Assembly (NCBI GenBank): GCA_965660865.1
Contig: CBFIBL010000029.1
Span: 10,233-74,232, forward strand
Reading direction: 5' to 3'
DNA from: Luminiphilus sp.
GTDB lineage: Bacteria; Pseudomonadota; Gammaproteobacteria; Pseudomonadales; Halieaceae
Length of the DNA: 64,000 nt
Part shown: piece after piece, positions 9,583-17,563 of the stretch
How positions within the stretch are numbered: the stretch's first letter is position 1
Layout: every line of letters starts with the position of its first letter
Notes under the pieces: generated by a model
The model's input: only the letters and a program-made list of their open reading frames with translations
Databases searched by the model: none
Told to the model about the DNA's origin: nothing
Made by a program: the position numbers and the translations under genes

Positions 9583-9888
9583 CTAATTCGCGTCTTCAAA
9601 TCCTTTGTTTTTGATCCAGTTGGCGAGCATCTCATCAGTCACCTCGGACTCAATTTTTTTACCTATCTCAACGGCAAGATCTTGCGCACTTAAATCCGAC
9701 TCGATCGAGGTTGTGATCCGTCGCCACTCCTCGAGATAAGCGTCGCTCCCGCCCTTACCCGCGCGCATGGCCGCTCGATCAATAGCCGCCTGAAACCGAT
9801 GCTCTAATAAGTATTTTCCGCGCTCCCTCCCTCTTTTGATCAAAACTTGCGAAGGAATATCCCGCCAATAAACATCAATTCGTTGCAC
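9583..9888 (-). CDS. Small conserved protein (101 aa), function unknown. From memory, homologues beside DUF1638/corrinoid genes are often auto-annotated as 'virulence factor' family.
   Basis: Uninterrupted ORF in operon context between DUF1638 and the pterin-binding methyltransferase. No catalytic motif recognised. Confidence 0.5.
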   Translation of the reverse strand: MQRIDVYWRDIPSQVLIKRGRERGKYLLEHRFQAAIDRAAMRAGKGGSDAYLEEWRRITTSIESDLSAQDLAVEIGKKIESEVTDEMLANWIKNKGFEDAN

Positions 9889-9910
9889 GCGTTACTACCC
9901 CCTCACATAT

Positions 9911-10585
9911 TCAACAAACAGCTATCAGTTGAGCCTCTAGGCTATCGGACAGCGAGCCATAACCGGTGTCGATCACCTCAAGTGGAAGTCCCAATCTTTC
10001 AGCCGCTGCCGTTGCTGCGTCGCGCAATGTAGCGTCAACCGTTTGGGCGAGATATACCACTTTCCGGTAATGCCCAAATAGCATCTCCTCTAGCTCGGGA
10101 TGATCGTCAAGTTTCATATCGTCGATGACTAACCGATCAAAATGACGCGCTAAAAAATCAGTCAGATAAAACGTTCCCGGCTCGGCTTCAGCGAGCCTTC
10201 GAAAAACGTCAGTGGTCGCGTAGAATTCGTAACAATGAGCACCGGGAAGTCGCTCAGCACCAAAACGCCTAGCCACGCGATCGACACCGCCACCTGTGCC
10301 GCATTCAGCATAGGCAATGACAATCTTTTCGTAATTGGAATGAAGCTTTTCCAGCGCCTGCGCAAGCTGCTCTGCAATCCGCTCTGGGCGGTTGTGTAAA
10401 GCGGCGTCCAAACACTGAACGTCGACGCTTGACCAACTGTTGGCCTTTTTAAGTGCGGTAATCTCGGCCGCGAGCGCGCCGCAGCCGATGATCAAGACGC
10501 GCGACAAGTTCGTTAGCCTTGAGCGACGCGACGCTCTTCGACGAGTCGAACCGCCGTGACCGCTGCCTCTGCTGCATCGCGACAA
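9911..10585 (-). CDS. DUF1638 domain protein (accessory protein of corrinoid methyltransferase clusters)
   Basis: LIIGCGALAAE..., AYAECGTGG, PGAHCYEF segments as recalled for DUF1638. The only ATG (10585) gives a 73-nt overlap with the corrinoid-protein gene. TTG at 10507 is an alternative start. Confidence 0.65.
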   Translation of the reverse strand: MSRCSRGSGHGGSTRRRASRRSRLTNLSRVLIIGCGALAAEITALKKANSWSSVDVQCLDAALHNRPERIAEQLAQALEKLHSNYEKIVIAYAECGTGGGVDRVARRFGAERLPGAHCYEFYATTDVFRRLAEAEPGTFYLTDFLARHFDRLVIDDMKLDDHPELEEMLFGHYRKVVYLAQTVDATLRDAATAAAERLGLPLEVIDTGYGSLSDSLEAQLIAVC

Positions 10586-11208
10586 TAAGCGTCAGCACCG
10601 ACCGCATCACCAAACTCCTCGTTAAGCGGTGCTCCACCGACCATCACAATATAATCATCGCGTATGCCCTGCTCTTTCAGCGCGTCAATGACGACCTTCA
10701 TATAAGGCATGGTCGTGGTCAGAAGTGCCGACATACCTAAAATGTCTGGCTTGTGACGCTCTAACGCAGCGACGTAGTCTTCAACCGCGTTATTGATTCC
10801 TATATCAAAGACCTCAAAACCCGCACCTTCCATCATCATCGCAACGAGGTTCTTGCCGATATCGTGGATGTCGCCTTTTACCGTCCCAATCACCATTGTG
10901 CCTACGGGTTTCGCTCCCGTCTCGGCAAGCAGCGGTCGCAAAATAGCCATACCACCTTTCATGGCGTTAGCTGCCAGCAACACCTCTGGTACAAACAAGA
11001 TCCCGTCTCGAAAGTCGATGCCTACGATCGTCATCCCATCGACAAGCGCCTTACTCAACACCTGTTCAGCTGACCAACCGCGCTCGAGCAGGATATTTGT
11101 GCCTTCTTCTATTTCTTCCTTGAGCCCGTCGTACAAATCGTCGTGCATCTGAAGGACGAGATCGTCGTCAGAAAGCTCCGAAAGGATGATATCTTCTTCA
11201 TCGGACAT
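10513..11208 (-). CDS. Cobalamin-binding corrinoid protein (MtgC/MttC-like)
   Basis: B12-binding DxHxxG motif (GDIHDIGKN), SxL (MSALLTT), GG (VMVGGAP). N-terminal helical cap domain. 231 aa. Confidence 0.85.
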   Translation of the reverse strand: MSDEEDIILSELSDDDLVLQMHDDLYDGLKEEIEEGTNILLERGWSAEQVLSKALVDGMTIVGIDFRDGILFVPEVLLAANAMKGGMAILRPLLAETGAKPVGTMVIGTVKGDIHDIGKNLVAMMMEGAGFEVFDIGINNAVEDYVAALERHKPDILGMSALLTTTMPYMKVVIDALKEQGIRDDYIVMVGGAPLNEEFGDAVGADAYCRDAAEAAVTAVRLVEERRVAQG

Positions 11209-11232
11209 TATTGGTATCTCCCCTTTAATCGC

Positions 11233-12774
11233 CTAGTAGTCTCTGTCGGCGAAAGATGCTTTTTCACGCGCCATAAAGTCTAACAGTGCCTCGTCGATCG
11301 CTGGATCTAGTGCGGGGGGCTCGTAATCTCCCAGCATTTTCTTCCAAACGCCATTCGCTCGCTGTGCCGCATCAAGGCTGCCTTCAGCGGACCACTGCTC
11401 AAAGCTGTTGTTATCGGCAATGGTCGACCGATAAAACGCGGATTCAAAATTGCTCAAGGTATGCGCCGACCCCAGGAAGTGCTTACCAGGTCCCACTTCA
11501 TGGAAGGCCTCCATAGCTTGCGCATTCTCTGAGAGATCCATTCCATCAAGGAGGACTGCAAGCATGCTTGCCTGATCACAGTCCATAACAAACTTTTCGT
11601 AGCCCATCGCAAGACCGCCCTCGAGCCAGCCTGCGGTGTGCAACATAAAATTCACCCCAGCAAGTGCCGCTGTCTGCAAGGTGTTGGCGGCTTCATAGGC
11701 CGCCTGTGCATCGGGCAATTTAGAACCAGTGAGACCACCACCACTTCGGTAGGGCACGCCAAGACGGCGCGCCAGTGCGGCAGTCGCGTAAATCACTTGG
11801 CTGGGCTCAGGTGTACCGAAAGTTGGCGCGCCGGTCGCCATGGACACAGCAGCCGCGAAGGTACCAAATACAACCGGGCAGCCCGGACGAATCAACTGTG
11901 TCAGCGCAATACCTGCCATCGCCTCGGCCAGAATTTGCGTACACGTTCCCGCGACGGTGACAGGTGACATAGCTCCCGCCAAGATAAAGGGTGAAACAAC
12001 ACAGGCCTGATTATTGCGTGCATAGACCTTGAGCGATCCCAGCATGGTGCCATCGAACACCATGGGCGAATTTACGTTAATCAGACTCGTAAAAACGCAG
12101 TTCTGATCAACAAACTCTTCACCGAACACTAGCTTCGCCATGTCTACCGAATCCTGAGCACGGCGATAGTGTGTGACCGACCCCATGAGTGGCTTATCAC
12201 TGTATTTAAAGTGGCTATAAACCATGTCGTAGTGGCGTTTGTTTACCGGCAGATCAACAGGCTCACAAACGGTACCACCTGAGTGATGAATGCCCGGCGC
12301 CATGTAGGCCAGCTTCACAAAATTACGGAAATCTTCAATCGTTGAGTAGCGCCGGCCATTGTCTAGGTCATGCGCAAAGGGCGGTCCGTAGGCGGGCACC
12401 AGTACTGTATTTTTACCACCAATGGTCACGCTGCGCTCTGGGTTGCGAGCATGCTGAACGTACTCTGAGGGCGCTGTAGCCTGAATAATTTGACGGCACA
12501 TACCGCTTGGAAAGCGAACGCGAGTGCCGTCTACACTTGCGCCCGCAGCTTTGAAGAGCTCGAGCACTTCTGGGTCATCGAGGAAATCGATACCCACCTC
12601 TTCCAAGAGTTTATCCGCGTTGTCCTCAATGAGTTGAAGCCCCTCTTCACTGAGGATTTCAAGTAAGGGAATCTTTCGCTTGATGTAGGGTGCTGCGACA
12701 GATCCTGAGTTCGCTCTCGCCTCACGTCGGCCGGCGCGGCCGCCGCCTTTTCGTCTTCCTGCTCTCTCAGTCAT
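11233..12774 (-). CDS. Trimethylamine methyltransferase (MttB) superfamily protein, non-pyrrolysine type; substrate:corrinoid methyltransferase for an unassigned quaternary amine
   Basis: 513-aa uninterrupted ORF with no in-frame TAG. MttB-family length and sequence character. Arg/Gly-rich N-terminus (RAGRRKGGGRAGRREAR), which I recall being frequent in proteobacterial members. First gene of the cluster. Confidence 0.8.
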   Translation of the reverse strand: MTERAGRRKGGGRAGRREARANSGSVAAPYIKRKIPLLEILSEEGLQLIEDNADKLLEEVGIDFLDDPEVLELFKAAGASVDGTRVRFPSGMCRQIIQATAPSEYVQHARNPERSVTIGGKNTVLVPAYGPPFAHDLDNGRRYSTIEDFRNFVKLAYMAPGIHHSGGTVCEPVDLPVNKRHYDMVYSHFKYSDKPLMGSVTHYRRAQDSVDMAKLVFGEEFVDQNCVFTSLINVNSPMVFDGTMLGSLKVYARNNQACVVSPFILAGAMSPVTVAGTCTQILAEAMAGIALTQLIRPGCPVVFGTFAAAVSMATGAPTFGTPEPSQVIYATAALARRLGVPYRSGGGLTGSKLPDAQAAYEAANTLQTAALAGVNFMLHTAGWLEGGLAMGYEKFVMDCDQASMLAVLLDGMDLSENAQAMEAFHEVGPGKHFLGSAHTLSNFESAFYRSTIADNNSFEQWSAEGSLDAAQRANGVWKKMLGDYEPPALDPAIDEALLDFMAREKASFADRDY

Positions 12775-13156
12775 GCGATTTTCTCACTCGATTTTTGACG
12801 TCATTTTTTTTTGTCATTTTTAATTCATAAATCGGTGTGACGCCAGAAAAATCGTCGCTAAAAAAGACAATTTTCTAACACTTTTTGGTAGGGACTTTAT
12901 CTGCCGATTTAAACTCAAAAAAACACCCTGAAAAGTAGGTTTAGCCACATTGCTTCTGCTACTCCAAAACATCATCACAAAACTGCAAAACATCTCGATG
13001 TACACTGTGCATCTCGTGAAAGAGAGAGCAACAGAAAGCAGTCAGTGAGGAAGCAGTAAACAAAGAACGGACAGTCCTTCGGCAGGGGTTACTGGCAGTC
13101 AGGGTTTATAAAGGTCAGCTAACTACTGGTTGATTATGGCGCTGGTGACCCGCAAA

Positions 13157-13186
13157 TTGCCGCGTTGCCTAAGCGTTGCCTATATT
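13157..13186 (+). promoter_or_regulatory. Candidate sigma70-type promoter for the FAD oxidoreductase gene, overlapping two 10-bp direct repeats
   Basis: TTGCCG (13157-13162), 18-bp spacer, TATATT (13181-13186). GCGTTGCCTA is repeated at 13162-13171 and 13173-13182 (11-bp phasing). Confidence 0.3.
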
Positions 13187-13232
13187 GTGGTCGCCGGTGT
13201 AATTGTCCAAACTGTTTAAAAGGGGCAACTTA

Positions 13233-14315
13233 GTGTCAAAGCGAATTGCTGTCGTAGGTGCTGGTGTAAATGGGACGTCGATCGCAACAGCCTGTGCAAA
13301 CCGCGGTTTTGAGGTGGCCCTTTTCGACGCTGGCACTCCATTTGCACAGACCAGCAGTAAGTCATCTCGCATGCTTCATGGTGGAATTCGCTATCTAGAG
13401 CAAGGGCATATCAAGCTCGTCAGAGAGGCACTCATCGAGCGCGACGAGTGGCGCCGTCTCGCCCCTGGCGCGACCCGCGTTCAGCGATTCTTTTTTCCCA
13501 TCTACAGTGATTCATCGCGGGGTCGTGCGACATTATTTGCAGGCAGCCTCTTGTATCAGTGGCTTGCAGGAAGGTACTCGCTTGGCGGAAGTCGCCTCCA
13601 CACCAAACACGATCTGCTTGCGCACTTTCCAGACTTGAGGTCGGAGAAATTGAAGGGCGGGGTTAGCTACTGTGATCTTGTGATGGATGATCAGGCCTTA
13701 GCGGATATCTTGATTGACGAGGCTCGCTCATCAGGCGTCATCATCCACCCACATACCCGCGTCTCCGGGCTAACAACCAACGGAAGGCTAACAGTAAATG
13801 GCGACGTATCATCGTTTGATCACGTGATCAACGCAGCGGGACCCTGGGTAAGTGAGGTACTAACCAAAGCAAAAATTGACTCAAAATTCGAAATTGAACA
13901 CGTGCGGGGCTCGCATCTTTTGCTGGAGCTAACCCTCCCCAACGCGCTCGTGTTTCAGGTTCCTAGCGATAACCGTATCGTCTTCTGCATCCCTCAGACA
14001 GCGAATGAGGTGCTCCTTGGTACTACCGAGCACGCTCATCAGCTGGCTGATCCCATTGAGTGCAGCGAGGCTGAGATAGACTACCTATTGGCGTTGCTAA
14101 ACAACCATATTGAGACTCCCGTGACTCGAGATCACGTCACAGCCACATTGTCTGGCGTTCGTCCGATCGCCAAAGTAAAGCACTCGCAGCTCTCCAATAT
14201 GAGTACCGCAAGCCGGGATTCGGAGATCGAAATCATTGGTTCGCTTATCAACATATTTGGGGGTAAGTGGACGTCAGCGCGGCGCCTTGGGCAAAGGGTA
14301 GCTGCCTTGATTTGA
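13233..14315 (+). CDS. FAD-dependent oxidoreductase, GlpD (glycerol-3-phosphate dehydrogenase)-like but lacking the C-terminal domain
   Basis: GTG at 13233 preceded by AAAAGGGG. VVGAGVNG FAD motif, SSKSSRMLHGGIRYLE as in GlpD. Ends just after GGKWTSAR. Confidence 0.7.
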   Translation: MSKRIAVVGAGVNGTSIATACANRGFEVALFDAGTPFAQTSSKSSRMLHGGIRYLEQGHIKLVREALIERDEWRRLAPGATRVQRFFFPIYSDSSRGRATLFAGSLLYQWLAGRYSLGGSRLHTKHDLLAHFPDLRSEKLKGGVSYCDLVMDDQALADILIDEARSSGVIIHPHTRVSGLTTNGRLTVNGDVSSFDHVINAAGPWVSEVLTKAKIDSKFEIEHVRGSHLLLELTLPNALVFQVPSDNRIVFCIPQTANEVLLGTTEHAHQLADPIECSEAEIDYLLALLNNHIETPVTRDHVTATLSGVRPIAKVKHSQLSNMSTASRDSEIEIIGSLINIFGGKWTSARRLGQRVAALI

Positions 14316-14404
14316 AAATGCGGCATGGCTAGCTTTAATCGGTTAGTGTCTCAACATCTCAACCCTGCAAATTGCCACTCGCCGCAAAAAGGAGATTAAA
14401 AAAG

Positions 14405-14785
14405 ATGATCACAGCACTCTATGCCAGCCTACTAGCGCTTTGGCTCGTGTTTCTATCGTTCCGAGTAATTGCCCTTCGTGGTAGTCCCGTGTTCGCCTTT
14501 CTGAACATCAACACCGACGACGAAGAGATGCTGCAGCGCGCGGTTCGAGCACACGGGAACCTAACCGAATACGCTCCGATGATGGTGATCCTTCTCTACC
14601 TGCTCGAGCAAAGCAGTGCAAATCCCAGCACACTGCATGCGTTGGGGCTCAGCTTTCTCGCGGGGCGATTGATGCACGGGATTTGCTTTGGATTTTTGCG
14701 CTCGAGCATGCCGCTCAGAATTGGAGGTACCGTGCTTACGCTTACTCCACTTCTCAGCGCCGCAGCACTGCTGCTCTTGCAATAG
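14405..14785 (+). CDS. MAPEG-family small membrane protein
   Basis: ATG at 14405 preceded by AAAGGAG. About 126 aa with hydrophobic helices. RAHGN..EY segment typical of the MAPEG family. Confidence 0.55.
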   Translation: MITALYASLLALWLVFLSFRVIALRGSPVFAFLNINTDDEEMLQRAVRAHGNLTEYAPMMVILLYLLEQSSANPSTLHALGLSFLAGRLMHGICFGFLRSSMPLRIGGTVLTLTPLLSAAALLLLQ

Positions 14786-14834
14786 CCGGGAAAATTCAAG
14801 GTAAAGGAATACCCCGAGTTGCACAGCGCAAAAC

Positions 14835-14880
14835 GAGGGGGTCAGCCATTCATCGAAATCCATCGATGACTGCCCCCCTC
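14835..14880. terminator. Two-tier GC-rich hairpin between convergent genes (no U-tract)
   Basis: Outer arms GAGGGGGTCA / TGACTGCCCCCCTC (9/10 pairs). Inner arms TCATCGA / TCGATGA (7/7). Confidence 0.3.
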
Positions 14881-14890
14881 ACTTAGAAAG

Positions 14891-14923
14891 CACTCACAAG
14901 TCACTCACAACTCATTCACAACG
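14891..14923. repeat. Imperfect 11-bp tandem repeat x3 overlapping the LPMO stop codon
   Basis: cactcacaagt / cactcacaact / cattcacaacg. Confidence 0.7.
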
Positions 14924-16528
14924 CGATTTTTCGCCCACATACCGCCAAGGGTCAGTCCCGGGCGCACTGCCTCGGGTCCACCACTCAGCCTCGTATACCC
15001 CATCATCATATAAGGCGCGGTCTCCAGCCTCGTAGACTCGGAAGCGGTCGTAACTCAGCAGTACGTCTGAGATCAAGTCAAAGGCCTGAGATTCAGAAGG
15101 AATCGTTCCGCGCGTCCACCACTTAGCGCGGTACACCAAACCATTGAAACTTATCGTCTCTCCTCCAAGGTAGGTGGTTTGCAGCGAGAACGGCGGGAAA
15201 TTGCCCGCTGCCGGGTCTGAGGCCTCACAGGATTGCTCTGGTGTCTCTTCCGGAGTCTCCTCCGGTGCGGTAACACTCGGCACCACGCTGAACGGCACCG
15301 TCTCTTGTGCAAGTCTCTGTCCGTCGACCGATGTGGCAATAACGACTAAGTTATGCGCACCAGCCCCAATGTTATGAAGGTGCAACGCCATATCGAACGC
15401 ACCATCCGCAATCCGACTGTTTGTTGTTATGAGCTGACCGGTACTGGAGTAAACCGATGCGGACACTGCCGATTCATCGGAGACATGGATGCGGAAGGAA
15501 ATGTCACTCATATTCTGCTCATCAAGAGTGACTTCCGAAGGCAGACTTAATACCTCAACCTGCAAGGCCTCGACGGGAGTAAATGTCGCTCGTGTCTCTA
15601 CTCTCAGTATGGGTGAAGCTGCATAGATACGGTTTACCCCGAGTTCGGGAGTCACGTCCTCGCCATCCCTCCGACCAGCCGCGTAGTCACCAAACTCATT
15701 GATTGCCGTGGCCAGCAGAAGTGACGCTTCAGGACCACTCAAGTCTCGATCCGCGATGAGGCGCACATTAAACTCAGGCCTCTCGCCTAATTCATCAAAA
15801 ACCACAGTCTCCAGACTATCTCCGGCACGCAAGGCTATAGCACCCGATATAACACCAACTTCATCGAGAGTGGCCTCCTCAGATTCTGTGGGCTCCAGAG
15901 CAATATCGTCGCCACCAAACTGCACATCAATGGCGTTGTAAAAGGACGCCGCGGTATCGCCGACATCCCACACCGCTAAAATAACGTGGTACCCGAATCT
16001 CTCAGGGACAACACAGGCGTGACTCACCTGAAGTGGAGGGCGCACCATACCGCCGTCATATGCGCAAAAAGGTTCTGCCTCAAATGCACGTCGCGCTAAA
16101 GGCTCAGACGCATTCCAGCCAGCCTTGGTAATAAAATATCGCCAGTCTTTTGCAACGTGGTTGGCAGTAAACGTCCACTCAAACGTCTGCAGACCAGCAG
16201 CGATACGGTGTTTGTACCAACGGCTAGGTGTCTGTGCGTTTAGTTCTGACCAGGCAGGCGAACCTGCTGCGGCGATAGTTCCATCGGAAGGTCCACCGAT
16301 CGGATAGCGCGGAGAACCATCAGGCCCCTCAACCGATTGCGGCTCCCACTGTATTGCACCACAACCCTCATTCAACCCCTGCTTGCAAAGCAGTGATCGG
16401 CTCTCTGGCACGGAAACATAACCATGCGCGTGTGCACCCGCCGAGGCAACAAAAAAAGAACAAAGAACAAGCAAGGCCGGCCAGGTTTTGGCGACTTGCA
16501 CAACAAAGAACCGAGAGATTCGATACAT
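14912..16528 (-). CDS. Secreted lytic polysaccharide monooxygenase (AA10, GbpA/CBP21-like) with two C-terminal CBM5/12-type chitin-binding modules
   Basis: Signal peptide ending ...AGAHA, then HGYVS (N-terminal His of the histidine brace). PEETPEETPE linker. Two YxAxWWTRG modules (YRAKWWTRG, YEAEWWTRG). Confidence 0.85.
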   Translation of the reverse strand: MYRISRFFVVQVAKTWPALLVLCSFFVASAGAHAHGYVSVPESRSLLCKQGLNEGCGAIQWEPQSVEGPDGSPRYPIGGPSDGTIAAAGSPAWSELNAQTPSRWYKHRIAAGLQTFEWTFTANHVAKDWRYFITKAGWNASEPLARRAFEAEPFCAYDGGMVRPPLQVSHACVVPERFGYHVILAVWDVGDTAASFYNAIDVQFGGDDIALEPTESEEATLDEVGVISGAIALRAGDSLETVVFDELGERPEFNVRLIADRDLSGPEASLLLATAINEFGDYAAGRRDGEDVTPELGVNRIYAASPILRVETRATFTPVEALQVEVLSLPSEVTLDEQNMSDISFRIHVSDESAVSASVYSSTGQLITTNSRIADGAFDMALHLHNIGAGAHNLVVIATSVDGQRLAQETVPFSVVPSVTAPEETPEETPEQSCEASDPAAGNFPPFSLQTTYLGGETISFNGLVYRAKWWTRGTIPSESQAFDLISDVLLSYDRFRVYEAGDRALYDDGVYEAEWWTRGSAPGTDPWRYVGEKSRCE

Positions 16529-16759
16529 AAAAAGACCCCTTTTAACGAGTAGTCAGTTGCTCGGTAACCGTTCGACCCATGTCTATGGGCACTGGCTTTG
16601 CGTCCCCGCGTTACCACGGGTTTGCCTTTTAGACCTTCAGAATAGGACGTTGCTCCCAACTTGTAAAATAATAATGAGGAAAATAACGATCACCGGAGTG
16701 TAGGTAGGCAACACTAAGCTGAATGTGAGACACGCTGAATAACAGACAAGGTGTTGCTA

Positions 16760-17395
16760 TTAGGCCGCCATAACAACACCGAGGGACTCAACTCCCCGGA
16801 GAATTTCTTCGAGAGCAATCGTTGCCAACACGGTTCCCATGACCCGACTGACAACGCTGGCTCCGGTGTTGCCAATCACCCGATGGATGCGCCCTGCAAT
16901 CAGTAATAATAGAAGGGTGATCAATAGGACGACATATAACAATCCGCCAATCAATGCCTGCTCGCCGATTGTAACCACCCGATAGTCGGTTAGCACGACG
17001 ACGGCGAGTATCGCGCCGGGACTGGCGATTGAAGGCATCGCCAGTGGGAAGGCAGCGGCACTCAAATATTCGTCGTCCTCAAGACGACTCTCGGCAATTT
17101 CAGCCTGGGGCTTAGAAGGGCCAAACATCATTTGCATGGCGAATAGAAACAGAATAATGCCGCCGGCAATTTCAAACGCCGCCAACCTTAAACCTAGTGC
17201 TTCAATCAATAACTGGCCAAGCAGCAGGAAGCCTGTCAGCACTGAGGCTGCAATAAGCACGGCCCGGATCGCAATAGCGAGGTGCAACCGCTTGGGGACT
17301 TGGTGCACTGCATGGATGAACACGGGAATGGTACCGATCGGATCAATCACCACTAAAAGTGTGATGAAAGGCCTTAACAATTCACTCATTTCCAT
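16760..17395 (-). CDS. MarC-family (UPF0056) integral membrane protein
   Basis: N-terminus FITLLVVIDPIGTIPVF is typical of the MarC family. About 6 hydrophobic helices. 211 aa. Confidence 0.75.
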   Translation of the reverse strand: MEMSELLRPFITLLVVIDPIGTIPVFIHAVHQVPKRLHLAIAIRAVLIAASVLTGFLLLGQLLIEALGLRLAAFEIAGGIILFLFAMQMMFGPSKPQAEIAESRLEDDEYLSAAAFPLAMPSIASPGAILAVVVLTDYRVVTIGEQALIGGLLYVVLLITLLLLLIAGRIHRVIGNTGASVVSRVMGTVLATIALEEILRGVESLGVVMAA

Positions 17396-17563
17396 GCATC
17401 ACCCCATAAAGCGGAGCAAATTACGCCCGCAGATTTCTTTTTTGTTCTCGTTTTTGCTCTCGCCGTCCGCGAGCAGACGTTCCAGCCACCCGCTAAGTAT
17501 AAGATATCGTTTCGGGAAAATATGTAACTAACGAATCTCAAGCATTATCATTTGAGCATCTCA

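Noticed and set aside
11233-12774. Pyrrolysine (in-frame TAG) in the MttB homologue
   Set aside because: The ORF is continuous with no internal amber codon. No pyl genes are visible in the window.
12820-13005. 61-aa ORF in the MttB upstream region, and the 68-aa ORF at 22906-23112 upstream of and overlapping the TBDR start
   Set aside because: They are AT-rich, hydrophobic or low-complexity translations with no RBS. One overlaps a promoter region and the other overlaps a confirmed start codon in another frame.
12775-13232. Riboswitch or leader RNA for the MttB-family gene (B12- or betaine-responsive)
   Set aside because: I read both strands and found no cobalamin, glycine or other riboswitch core that I recognise. 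Only short symmetric DNA elements are present, and these are reported as a finding.
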